DNA of 64,000 nt, taken from positions 67,890,001-67,954,000 of the forward strand of contig NC_043004.1 of the NCBI RefSeq assembly GCF_006345805.1, in the 5' to 3' direction. The notes under the pieces were generated by a model. It was not told where the DNA came from. It did no database searches and was given only the letters and a program-made list of their open reading frames with translations. A program made the translations under genes and the position numbers. The DNA comes from Octopus sinensis (taxonomy: Eukaryota). This document shows, piece by piece, positions 52,428-64,000 of this stretch; the stretch's first letter is position 1, and each line of letters opens with the position of its first letter.

Positions 52428-53378
52428 TTATTATTATCATTCAGTAGTTTTATTTTTATAGCGTGCTTTCACTACACTACCGAGCGCAGCTCTGTGTGCC
52501 TTGGGTATGTGCTGTGATTTGTTGTGGTGCTCTGATGGTTACTGTATTGAAAGTGTTCTGCGTAGGATGTGTACAGTGCCTAGTAGTGCAATTTTCTTTA
52601 TGTTATATGTGTTTGTAAGTCCTGGTGTTTTTGTTATGTATTTGTCTGAATATTTTTTATCATGCCTAATGCACCTACTATGATAGGAATTGTTTCTGTT
52701 TTTAGTTTCCACATTCTAGTTACCTCTATTTCCAGGTCTTTGTATTTTGAAAGTTTTTCCATTTCTTTTAGAGACACGTTGTCATCTGCTGGTATTGATA
52801 CACCAATTAGAAAGCATTTTTTCTTCATGATCTCTGACAACTATATCTGGTCTGTTGGCCTTAATTTCTCTATCTGTGTGTATCGGCATATTCCAGAGCA
52901 TGTTTGCTTTCTCGTTTTCTGTGACCTTTTCTGGTGTGTGCCTATACCATCTTTTTTCTGATGTTATTCCATAATGTTGGCATAGCTTCCAGTGTATGTA
53001 GGTCCCAACTCTCTCGTGTCTGTGAATATATTCCTTCTTAGCCTGGACTGGGCAGCCAGAGATAATATGATTTATTGTTTCTTGTCCATTTCCACATATT
53101 CTGCAGTTATTTGTTATCTTTCTTTTCATTGCATGTGTTTGGTAATTTCTGGTGGGGAGGCTTTGGTCTTGTGCTGCAATTAAAAATCCCTCTGTCTCTG
53201 CTTTGAGTCCTCAGCTTCTCAACCACTGCTGGGACTTTCTTTGTTTATTTCTTTTACATTTAGTTTAGTCCAGTACTTGCCATGAAGGGGCTTTTCTTGC
53301 CATCGCTTTATCATGTCCGTTGCTGTTCTAGTTTTAGTTTTGATTTCATTTGCTTTATAGCTTTTGCTGTGTTTTCTT
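52428..53378 (-). mobile_element. R4/Dong-type RLE LINE, 5'-truncated, with 3' UTR and (AAT) tail
   Basis: WLRS*GLKAETEGFLIAAQDQ, CRICGNGQETINHIISGC (CCHC knuckle), ANRPDIVV (PD of the RLE), KEMEKLSKYKDL, IPIIVGALG; frameshift at about 52.8 kb. Confidence 0.92.
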
Positions 53379-53661
53379 CTTCTTTTTCTTTTTCTTTTTC
53401 TTCTTCTTCTTCTTCTTCTTCTTCTTCTTCTTCTTCTTCTTCTTCTTCTTCTTCTTCTTCTCCTCCTCCTGCTCCTGCTCCTCCTCCTTCTTCTTCTTCT
53501 TCTTCTTCTTCTTCTTCTTCTTCTTCTTCTCTTCTTCTCTTCTTCTTCTTCTTCTTCTACATATTTATTAGGTGCTGATTTCTTGTTTGTATTTGTCAGC
53601 TTCCTTAAATACTGAGAACAATATTATTACTATTATTATTATTATTATATTATTATTATCA

Positions 53662-53702
<41 letters not shown>

Positions 53703-53765
53703 TATTATTATTATTATTGTTGTTGTTGTTGTTGTTGATGATGATGATGATGATGTTGTTATTTT
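53376..53765. repeat. (TTC)n/(TCC)n then (ATT)n/(GTT)n/(GAT)n microsatellites
   Basis: Directly visible. Confidence 0.95.
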
Positions 53766-53769
53766 TATT

Positions 53770-54050
53770 ACTATCAACTGATTGGAAGTGTTATCATACA
53801 CCTTGTTTTGTCTTGGTATAAAAGATGGGCGACAGAAAATATTCTGCTCAATAAAAATTTGTTTATCAGTTGTTTGACCTTAACCAGTTGAGCATGCCCC
53901 TTAGTGGCTGACGATATGATCATCTCTGATCACGAGCAGAATTAATGGGTGGGCTCATAGTAGCCATTGTTGAGAGGAATTTTTTGGTGTTTTATTGCTT
54001 GGACTAGTAACTAAAGAAAGCAGCTCGCTACAAACAGGATGATGTAAAAT
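53770..54050 (+). mobile_element. Non-coding interspersed repeat family F, copy 1 (starts after an ATT tract)
   Basis: Shares ttgtcttggtataaaagatggg...ccagttgagcatg.cccttagtggctgacgatatg with 62545-62825 (inverted) and 63705-64000. Confidence 0.8.
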
Positions 54051-54203
54051 TGCAGACTTAATATTTTAGAATAAAAATATCAATATAGCTTTGCAAGATT
54101 AGGGATGCGATAACTGTAGGAATAACTGTATGAATTGTCGTGAAAAAAAGTAAAATCAGTAGCAGCGCCAACAACGACAACAGAGCAGAAGCAGCAACAA
54201 CAG

Positions 54204-54320
54204 TGGAGGCGCACTGGCGCAGTGGTTGAGGCAGCGAACTCGCGGTTTCGATTCCCAAACCGAGTATTGTGAGTTTTTATTGAGCAAAAACACCTAAACT
54301 CCACGAGGCTCTCGCTCACT
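54204..54320 (+). mobile_element. SINE family C 5' fragment
   Basis: gtggaggcgcactggcgcagtggtt...ggtttcgattccc...ttgtgagt..ttattga.caaaaacaccta; homologous to 24715-24992. Confidence 0.75.
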
Positions 54321-54514
54321 CTTTCTTCCTACTTCTGCCACTCAGGCGTAGACAGAATTAACAAATTCTTTAAGCAGGCGTAGACAGGGACAATCATCAA
54401 GAAAGGGTAGTTTGCCGTGGAAAGGGCAATTAGAACAGAATCAGGGAGGATCATTTCGACATTAGTAATAGAAATGAATAGAACTGAGAGAATCTAAGAT
54501 AGATAGATAGATAT

Positions 54515-54547
<33 letters not shown>

Positions 54548-54625
54548 ATAGATAGATAGATATAGATAGATAGATAGAAAGAGATAGATAGATAGATATA
54601 TAGATATTAGAATAGATAGATAGAT

Positions 54626-54672
<47 letters not shown>

Positions 54673-55310
54673 GCTTAATTACATATATACATACAGTAAT
54701 CCCTCGATTATCACTGGTGTTACGTTCCAAACCCCACCGCGATAGTTGAAAATCCACTAAGTAGAACCAGTACTGTACTGTATATATATATATATATATA
54801 TATCTTAGTTTTGTAATTCGTGTATATTTATTTTAATATAACTACAAAACAACACCGCACACTCGCCTCTCGAGTCTCGTTTACCATACAGCATATGGTG
54901 GCAAATGTTTTATTGATCCGAAAAGATACAATGTAAATTCTACCCCGGCAGTATTTGAACACGAAACACATAACTGGAAGAGATGCCCCAAGCATATCGT
55001 TCTTCTTTCTAATGATTCTACGACTTCTAACAATTTCAAGGCCTTAACTCATAACGATAATGAAGTCGCTGTTTCCATGGATTGTTGCAGATGTTACGTG
55101 GTCGCTTATGATAACAAAATCACAACTCCAAGATACAACAGGTGAAGTGTTGTCTAAAATCTATTGATATATTCTGTTTTACATTATAGCCTGAAACAAA
55201 GCACTTTTGATTTATCACTAGATTTCCATCATATGTATATATATATATATATATATATTTATATTATATATATATATATATATATTATATATTATATATA
55301 TTATATATAT

Positions 55311-55348
<38 letters not shown>

Positions 55349-55457
55349 AGGAAGTATGTATGTATATATATTTCAGAGAGAGAGAGAGATACATCAGCCA
55401 TTGCATATTTGTATTACATATATATATATATATATATATATAGATATATGATTAATT

Positions 55458-55690
55458 TTATAGAAGGAGCTTCTACGGGACTAGAACTGTTTCATTCAAA
55501 AGAAATCATCAGGAAGCTAGATGAGAAGAGTAGTTTTGGCATTTATACATTTAGGCATGTTTAAAGGGGTGGTGGTGGGGGACTTTTTTGGGGTAGGCAT
55601 GGCGCAAACTATCATTCTTAGGGGAGTGGTCTAAGGAATCGTTGGTAAAGTAGATAAAAGAATAAATAAAAGAATAAAAGAATAAATAGA
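55458..55690 (-). mobile_element. Hammerhead-bearing repeat family E, copy 2
   Basis: Inverted homolog of 42790-43005, flanked by TA-rich microsatellites. Confidence 0.85.
55468..55518 (-). ncRNA. Type I hammerhead ribozyme (one stem III mismatch)
   Basis: agcttc-CTGATGA-tttcttttgaat-GAAA-cagttctagtcccg-TA-gaagct. Confidence 0.75.
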
Positions 55691-55714
55691 AAAATAGAGT
55701 TTTAGGTAAATCAG

Positions 55715-56163
55715 GAGACTCTCACTTATACATATACATATACATATATATATATACATACATATATATATATATATATGTATATATATACACACACATG
55801 TACATATACACATACACACACACACATACACATATGTATACATATACATACATACATATACACACATATACATACATACACATATACATATATACACATA
55901 CACATACATTACACATACACATACACCCATATACACATGTACATATGTACCCATATACATGTATCTACGTACACGCCCATACCCATACTCATACATACAC
56001 TTATATATGTCTACACACATATATATATTAAAGGTGATATACACCCCCATACACACACGCTCCCATATCCATATATATATATATATATATATATACATAC
56101 ACATATATTTACACCCCCACATACACACATATATATACATACATACACATACATACCTATATA

Positions 56164-56195
<32 letters not shown>

Positions 56196-56415
56196 GCGTG
56201 TGTGTATGTATGCATGTATGCATATATGTATGTATGTAAATGTAAGAGTATGCATGTATGTATATATGTATGTATGCATGTATGCATATATGTATGTATG
56301 TAAATGTAAGAGTACGCATGCATGTATATATGTATGTATTTATGTATGGGTATAAATATATATGTATGTATGTATGTGTGCAGGTATGTATGAATGTATG
56401 TGTGTGTGTGTGGAT
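55715..56415. repeat. Degenerate (CA/TA/TACA)n microsatellite
   Basis: Directly visible; explains the 298-aa ORF at 55631-56527. Confidence 0.92.
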
Positions 56416-56464
56416 GGATTGATGGACGATTGATGGATACAAAGATTAATATATATGCATACAG

Positions 56465-56760
56465 TTTAATGGCAAAAGTCAAGATCACACAAGGCGGGAA
56501 GACAAACCTCTTCAGGGTTACACACAACGCCTCACTGAAATGCTTTCAATTCAACCACAAAAACTGGACTCCCCTGCCTCGCGTTGCCTCGCGAAATCCA
56601 GAGCCAACCCCTTGCATGCATTCCCAGACGACAACCAGCGTCCGACCTACAGCAGAAAATTCCGAGAACCACGCATCGGGATCACCGGCCACAGACTGAA
56701 GCACTGTGACTCATCGTTTTCTACCATGTCTTTCCGAGTCATCTTCGACAAAGAGGAACG
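56465..56760 (+). mobile_element. RTE-clade LINE ORF 3' end, frameshifted
   Basis: One frame reads KITQGGKTNLFRVTHNASLKCFQFNHKNW (compare RSQGGQKKRFKDTLKASLK.F.I...W). Another frame reads PTYSRKFREPRIGITGHRLKHC (compare PTCSRTFRARIGL.SH.R.C). GC-rich island between microsatellites. Confidence 0.7.
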
Positions 56761-56875
56761 AACTTTAGTATTATATAGACTTACATATATAATATATATA
56801 ATATATTATATATTCTATATATACATATAATTACCTTCCTTTTATTGCATATTTATCTTAGATCATATGCATATA

Positions 56876-56907
<32 letters not shown>

Positions 56908-56939
56908 TATATATAATATATACATAGATAGATATATAT

Positions 56940-56983
<44 letters not shown>

Positions 56984-58649
56984 TATATGCGCATACAATT
57001 CATATGTAAAATGTGTATATGGAACTGTATGTCTTTTTTTGTGCCTGGGTTTGTGTGCTTCTGTACCTTTCATATCCATTCCAAACCACGTTGCAGTGTT
57101 GTCAGCATTTTATCTGATAATCCTGACGTCTTGTATTCATTTATCTTTAAACAGATATCTGCAGTCTTAACGTGACAAACAAAAATAAATAAAAACGAAT
57201 TTAGAATGAAATTAAAGTCAAAAACTATATTGCTATGAAAAACATTTCTTTCCGAGTTGGAGACTAACCATTTTTGTTCTAAAACATTCCATGTACAAAT
57301 GCCAAAATCTATTTTATTGACAGGCAATTTATCTGATGTGTAAATGAAGGTTTCTTTAAGCGTTACGTATGTGCGTATATACGCAATGCTTTCGCAGAGT
57401 TATTTGTTTCTGTCATTCAGATAACTTTGTGTCATTCAGCTCATTCAATTAAGATCCTTTCAGAGGAAAAAAAATATGCTAGATACATGAAGGGGCGTGC
57501 GTTAAAGCAGTTTTCCGGAAAAAAAAGCTCCTCTTAAAATCACTCCATTTTAGCATCCTAAATAGATTTTACTGACAACTCAGTAACGTCCAAGTATATA
57601 TTTACTTCGTTGTTGAACAGTTTCGGTGAAATGTTGGACAGCACTTAAAAAGTTTCTTCAGTGTGGATATGTGTACAGAAACTATAAAAATAAGAAGAAT
57701 TTTGGCACAGCTACATTCCAATCTTTCTTTTGTTTTTTTGGGTTTTTTTTAGATCTATCGTGCGACCTATCAAACGTAATATAACAGATAGTGCTCGATT
57801 TAAGTCTTAAACTTATGCCATATACTCCAAGCAAAAATCCAACTGGGATATGTTACTAAGGCAACATGGTAAGAAATTTTAGTGAGAAATATGTATTTTT
57901 TAAAATAAAAATAGACAAAATAAAGAAAAATTATTTATGATAGATGAAAAAATCTTGAAATCTATGTGTGTGAGTTTGTGCATGTGCGTGGGGCGTGTCT
58001 GTGTGTGTGTATGTGTGTATGTGTGTGTGTGTGTGCATGTGTGTATATGCATATATATATATATGTATGTATGCATGTATTTGAAAAAGATATTGAAAAA
58101 TATTAAAAAAATTTTCATATGAATGTGTATACATGTGTGGATATATATGTCTGTGTGCGCGCATTTATAAATATATATATTTTACGATATACATATGTGT
58201 ATGTGTAAATACATGTGTATGAGTTGTGTATGAATGCACGTATGTATATCTACATACAAAGACATGAATATATATATATATATATACACATAAATGCACA
58301 GACACACTGAGACACACGTCGATATATATGTATGTATATATAGATCTAGTGTCGGTCTTTTAACTTTTTTAAATTTATATTAGCTTTCCCATCACATACT
58401 ATTTAGGATTTATGAATCATTAAAACACACCGCCGGCAACCGCACGATATGCAATGTAAACCAACCATTACAGCTATGTTCAAACATCAGTTAAATATAT
58501 ATGTGGGGATAAGGCATATTAGCTTTTCGGAATCAGAAATATTAAAGGTACTTGTTGTGTAATGGCTGTTCAACAATGGTTGAAACATAGAAAGACGAGG
58601 CCCTTTATTTATTTTTATTACGAGGTGAGTACAATATGCATTCTCATCC

Positions 58650-58845
58650 TCTATTTGTTTCAGTCATGTGACTGCTGCCATGCTGTAACACCGACTGTAC
58701 TCAAAAGAAATCAACCAAGGACTTCTTCTTTGTAAGCTTAGTACTTATTCTATCGGTCTGTTTTGCCGAAACGCTAAGTTACGATGGGGTAAATGCACCA
58801 ACATCGGTTGTGGAGGGACAACCTCAGATACACACACACACACAT

Positions 58846-58898
<53 letters not shown>

Positions 58899-59062
58899 TA
58901 AACACAACGGGTTCCTTTCAGTTTACGTCTACCAAATCTACTCACAAGGCTTTGGTCGTCCCAAAGATATAGTAAAAGACACTTACTCAAGGTGGCACGC
59001 AGTGGGACTGAACACGGAACCATGTTGTTGGGAAGCATTCTTCTTACCACACAGCAACGCCT
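58650..59062 (-). mobile_element. SINE family A
   Basis: Full modular layout with an internal CA/TA tract. Confidence 0.9.
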
Positions 59063-59444
59063 GTTTAAATTTCTGTAACAAAGGTCATTTTAATGCTTCT
59101 AATTAATCATAGTATAAACATAGTGCAAAAGCCATTTTATCCGTTTAATATCATACAAAAACTGTGTGACTCAGGTTTAAACTTTCATGGAAACTATAAC
59201 ACATATAACAAAAATTTATCGTTAAAATTCTTCGTGTTGGTAAAACCACAATATAGCGAATGGAGTACGTATTTATGAAATAAACTGCTTCAGCATTTTC
59301 CATTCCATCATTTTATGTTCCTCTGCACTTGACATAGAAAGGTTTAATTTGACCGAGGCGTAGATTTCCACTTCTAGATAGTCACACCTGTTTAATCAAG
59401 TTAAAACACAAATTGTTTAACGTTAATATTAGTGTAAAGAATAA

Positions 59445-59635
59445 GGCGTCGTGCTGGCAGAATCGTTAGCACGCCGGGCAAAATTTCAAACGGTATTTCG
59501 TCCGTCTTTACGTTCTGAGTTCAAATGATGCCGGAATCGATCACATTTTCGGGGTCAATAAAATTAGTACCAGTTAATTGGAAAGTCGATGAAATTCCTC
59601 GAAATTGCTGGCCTTGTGCCAAAATTTGGAAATGA
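59445..59635 (+). mobile_element. SINE family B
   Basis: ggcgtcgtgctggcagaatcgttagcacgccgggc...cgttctgagttcaaat...ttgctggccttgtgccaaaatttg. Confidence 0.85.
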
Positions 59636-60477
59636 TATTCCTGTCAAGAATTTCTATGAAATAGCATAAGACTGTTCATAATCATTATCAACTGAAATTG
59701 TCTACAGAGCATCGGATTTCATCGGTCCTATTTAATAGTTATACATAACAAAGGTTTGTTTTTATTTTCCCTCGACAAGAACAATTTTTTCAGCACTGTC
59801 AATGAAGCTATCGGATAATGTCCTCGATTTCTAATCTCTGAAATCTCTCTCTCAAATCCAGATTGGACTTATGTGTTTCTTTCTGTGGCGCTCAATCCGA
59901 TCGTTAAGCATACTCGAGCAGTTAAGTTTGCTCAAGTGATCATTATGTTCTTACATCAATAATGTGTTTCCAGTGGCCTCTTGAGGTGCACGTTCAATCG
60001 TAGATAAAAGCTATGTTCATTAAATGTAAGCTTGAAAACGAGCTTATCAACTCTGAGCATACAAAACTACCGGATCTAAATATACCCAAATACAAATCCG
60101 CTATGTATTCTCCCTGATGTACTGTGCAATTACTTCATATTGAGTCATTATCATATTTAGTAAAAAAAAACCTTCATATAAATAACAAAGATATTTGTTA
60201 GACATATGCCTCTTTGTTTAAATGGTCAACTAGCGATCATTGGTACTCGATTCCCAGCTGAAGAGCCACTTCCAGAAAATCATCACGATGGAGATACTGT
60301 AACGATAGGCACGTTCTTGTATAACAGTAAAAGAAGATTTACGATATATGTGTGTGTGCGTGAGTGTGTGTGTCTGTGGGCGTGCGTGCGTGTATAGGTA
60401 TGTATATATGTATATACATGTATGTGTGTGTGTGTATGTATATGTATATATTATCAATAATAATATAGGGTACAATT

Positions 60478-60791
60478 AATCAATCAATTGATAATTAATC
60501 ATCTTAACAAGTATTTCAGTATGTTCAAAGAACCTGTATCGGTAAACTTATACAAACATTTTTTATATTCATAAACATAATTATAATTAGGGTTCAGCTA
60601 AATTGCTTCACCACATACTGAATTTTAGGAATAGCATTTAAATCCTATTCTACTACCACATGCCTGTGTCAGTTGAGATTATTGCTATCTGGGAGATATC
60701 TTATGGTAGTAGAATAGTATTTAACTGCTATTTCCAAATTTCAGCGTGTAGGGAAGCAATTTTGCTAAACCCAAATTATAATTATGTTTAT
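60478..60791. mobile_element. Diverged relative of the 18-19 kb unit containing an ~88-bp-arm inverted repeat
   Basis: Shares caagtatt(t)cagtatgt and aatt.ctt..ccacatactgaa...tag.aatagc with 18500-18635. Arms 60571-60658 and 60704-60791 are diverged reverse complements. Confidence 0.7.
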
Positions 60792-60811
60792 AATTCTCTT
60801 TTTTTTTTCTC

Positions 60812-61205
60812 TTTTCTCTTTTACTTGTTTCAGTCATTTGACTGCGGCCATGCTGGAGCACTGCCTTTAGTCGAGCAAATCGACCCCAGGACTTATTCTT
60901 TGTAAGCCCAGTACTTATTCTATCGGTGTCTTTTGACGAACCGCTAAGTGACGGGGACGTAAACAAACCAGCATCGGTTTCAAGCAATGCTAGGGGGACA
61001 AACACAAACACACACACACGCATATACATATACATATATACGACAGGCTTCTTTCAGTTTCCGTCTACCAAATCCACTCACAAGGCATTGGTCGGCCCGG
61101 GGCTATAGTAGAAGACACTTGCCCAAGATGCCACGCAGTGGGACTGAACCCGGAACCATGTGGTTGGTTAGCAAGCTACTTACCACACAGCCACTCCTGC
61201 GCCAT
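60812..61205 (-). mobile_element. SINE family A, near-consensus full copy
   Basis: From cttttacttgtttcagtcatttgactgcgg to acacagccactcctgcgcc. Confidence 0.95.
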
Positions 61206-62080
61206 TATTAAAAAATTATTTAAAAAATTTATATATGTATATATACAATCAATTCAGGTAAAGAAAGAATTCAAATAAACGGACGAAAAACGAAAAGAAG
61301 GAAAGAAAACGAAGAAAAGTGAGGACCTGCGCAAAAAGTGTATTAGCTTAAGGCTCGGTGAAAGGAGAGAGATTAACGTTTTGATCATAGCTCCTGGTCG
61401 GAAGGGAGAAAAGGAAAAGTTCAAAGAATGAGAAGAAATCGACAGCGAGCAACATGTGGTTACATTGCTCTTTAAATATATACAAATTACACATGAATAC
61501 ACTATGCATGCATATACGTATGTATAACTATGTGTATTTTAATGCGTGTATATGAATACATGCAAACACACACATTCCTGCATTTTGGAATTCAGGTTTT
61601 ATGACCCGATGGAAACATTTAATGCCAAGTACATTCGTCTGCATCTGTAAGTCTACAATAGTCGAAGTGTATGTTTTTATTTCTATGTCTCTATCTTTCA
61701 TTTCAGATAATCATCTGTGTTCTCCCTCCTCCTTTTCTCACTCACTCACTCATTCACTCACTCTTTGTAAATATATATGACAAGTATATGAAATGGCAGA
61801 TATAGGCATTGAAACGAAAATATATGCGGGGACTCATCTACACACTTATGCACGCGAACACACACACATATATGCATATGTACAATAACCTTAGCATTGA
61901 AGTGTTCCATAAGGCCATAAGACCTAAATCCAAAAATACAACAATTGAATTATAGTATCAATTCAGTAACAGAATTCAATTAAGTAAAACAGCATCGAAC
62001 CATATAATGACATTGAAATTGACTGCAATATATTGACAGATCTTTCGCTGGACAATAGCGTGTATACGAGCCTATACGTG

Positions 62081-62200
<120 letters not shown>

Positions 62201-62286
62201 GCATGTGTATAAGTGCGTGTGTGCGCATGTGTATGTATGTTCTTGTAAGTCGTAGGAAAAGTTTTATATTTATGTATATAATTATA

Positions 62287-62500
62287 CGAAAGTGCACTGA
62301 AAGGGTCCAGGCTTTAGAGGCATCAAAAAATTCTTGGTTGGAAGCCCAACTTTCCGTAGTCTTTAACATGGCTTAGAATACATATAGGACTTCTGTAATA
62401 AGTGTGAGAATCTGAGAGGGGAAATGATGTCGAATAAAATCATAATTAATTGATCCTCCTATATTTTTTTTTTATCCGAAGCCAGTTCAGTTCTATCTTT
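62287..62500 (+). mobile_element. Mariner-derived MITE, copy 2 (degenerate)
   Basis: TA-cgaaagtgcactgaaagggtccaggcttt ... aagtgtgagaatctgagagggg ... tgatcctcct ... aagccag; inverted homolog of 27083-27295. Confidence 0.7.
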
Positions 62501-62544
62501 ATATATATCACCATCCTTGTTTAAGTATATTTAACGAAACAATT

Positions 62545-62825
62545 ATGTTTCCATAGGTGAATTATTCGAACTCCAAAGGATCCCTCTCAACACATGCCTA
62601 TGATGCTCCTACTCGTAATCAGAGATGCACATATCATCAGCCACTAAGTGACATGCTCAACGAGTTACGGTCAAATAATTAACAAGCAAATATGTGGTAT
62701 TGAGCAGAATATTTGCTGTAGCCCATCTTTTATACCAAGGCAAAACAATGTAACTAATAACACTTCCTATCAGTTAAGATGGGAAGCCACTAGAGCCACT
62801 GCCTGGTACAGCATCAGGGCATTTA
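62545..62825 (-). mobile_element. Repeat family F, copy 2
   Basis: Reverse complement matches 53770-54050 and 63715-63870. Confidence 0.8.
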
Positions 62826-62869
62826 TTATCATTATTAATATTATTATTGTTGCTGTTGCTGTTCTTGTT

Positions 62870-63016
62870 GTTCAGGTCACTGCTTGGAATGGAACTCGGA
62901 ATCGTAGGGTTAGTAGCCCGAGCTCTTAACCACTACGGCATATGACGTAGTGGGCATATGGCATACTGGTTACTAACCCCAAAATTCCGAGTTCCATTCC
63001 AAACTATGACCTGAGC
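62870..63016. mobile_element. Two head-to-head copies of a short tRNA-like SINE (family G)
   Basis: Minus copy 62870-62944 reads catatgccgtagtggttaagagctcgggctactaaccc..gattccgagttccattcc. The plus copy 62952-63016 has a ~13-nt deletion. Each is followed by simple-repeat tails. Confidence 0.8.
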
Positions 63017-63059
<43 letters not shown>

Positions 63060-63062
<3 letters not shown>

Positions 63063-63642
63063 TTCACAGACATGACAGAGTTGGAACCTACATACATTGG
63101 AAGCTATGCCAACATTATGGAATGACAACAGAAAAAAGATGGTATAGGCACACACCAGAAAAGGTCACAGAAAACGAGAAAGCAACCATACTCTGGGATA
63201 TGCCGATACACACAGATAGAGAAATAAAGGCCAACAGGCCAGATATAGTTGTCAGCGATCATGAAGAAAAAAATGCTTTCTAATTGATGTATCAATACCG
63301 GCAGATGACAACGTGTCTCTAAAAGAAATGGAGAAACCTCAAAATACAAAGACCTGGAAATAGAGGTAACCAGAATGGAATCTGAAAACAGAAACAATTC
63401 CTATCATAGTAGGTGCATTAGGCATGATAAAAAATATTCAGACAAATACATAACAAAAACACCAGGACTTACAAACACATATAACATACAGAAAATTGCA
63501 CTACTAGGCACTGCACACATCCTACGCAGAACACGTTCCATACAATAACCATCAGAGCATCACAACAAATCACAGCACATACCCAAGGCACACAGAGCTG
63601 CGCTCGGTAGTGAAGTGAAAGCACGCTATAAAAATAAAACTA

Positions 63643-63648
<6 letters not shown>
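63060..63648 (+). mobile_element. R4/Dong-type RLE LINE 3' fragment embedded in (AAT)n
   Basis: IHRHDRVGTYIHWKLCQHYG..EKRWYRHTPEKVTENEKATILWDMPIHTDREIKANRPDIVV; the 3' UTR matches 52442-52600. Confidence 0.93.
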
Positions 63649-63704
<56 letters not shown>

Positions 63705-63706
<2 letters not shown>

Positions 63707-64000
63707 GCCACAGATTTGCTTTTCAGTTGTTTGACCGTAACCAGTTGAGCATGTCCCTTAGTGGCTGACGATATGTGCATCTCTGATCACGAGCAGAAGT
63801 AGTGGGGGAGCATCATAGCCATGTGTTGAGAGGGAGTCTTTGGGATTTGAATAATTCACCTCTGGAAACATGGGTGGTTCTTTCAACATCGTTAAACAAC
63901 CCTTATTCAGGGACCTTTTGAGCGGGATGGGCTACTCAACCTGAGGAAAATTCTAACTGGGCCCCACCTGCAAGGTCATGTGCTGTTTATCTTGATATGA
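63705..64000 (+). mobile_element. Repeat family F, copy 3 (runs off the window)
   Basis: Homologous to 53860-54010; begins immediately after an (AAT)n tract. Confidence 0.8.

Noticed and set aside
55631-56527. Longest ORF in the track (298 aa)
   Set aside because: Translation of a degenerate CA/TA microsatellite; only its edge overlaps the RTE remnant on the other strand.
57615-57665. CTGAAGA...ccGAAActgtt on the minus strand
   Set aside because: No convincing stem I or stem II; at best a very decayed remnant.

Overview
AT-rich eukaryotic genomic DNA saturated with microsatellites. The SINE families and repeat style point to an octopus (Octopus sp.); this is inferred from recalled repeat families, not from a search. 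No host protein-coding gene can be supported. Almost every entry in the ORF track is a translated microsatellite, and the credible protein similarities are all decayed transposon pieces: R4/Dong-type and HERO-type restriction-endonuclease LINEs, an RTE 3' end, mariner transposases and a weak RT fragment. At least four tRNA-derived SINE families are present. The most interesting signal is non-coding. Several unrelated short repeats that abut (TA)n tracts carry type I hammerhead ribozyme cores (CTGANGA...GAAA...TH), some fully intact (42941-42991). They often occur as inverted (foldback) pairs. The best case is 18232-19559: a ~550-bp hammerhead-bearing unit present as two inverted arms of ~1.2 units each, in different circular permutations, joined by microhomologies. 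This is what a Penelope-mobilised, retrozyme-like circular RNA template would leave. Coordinates of degenerate repeats are approximate and were read by eye.
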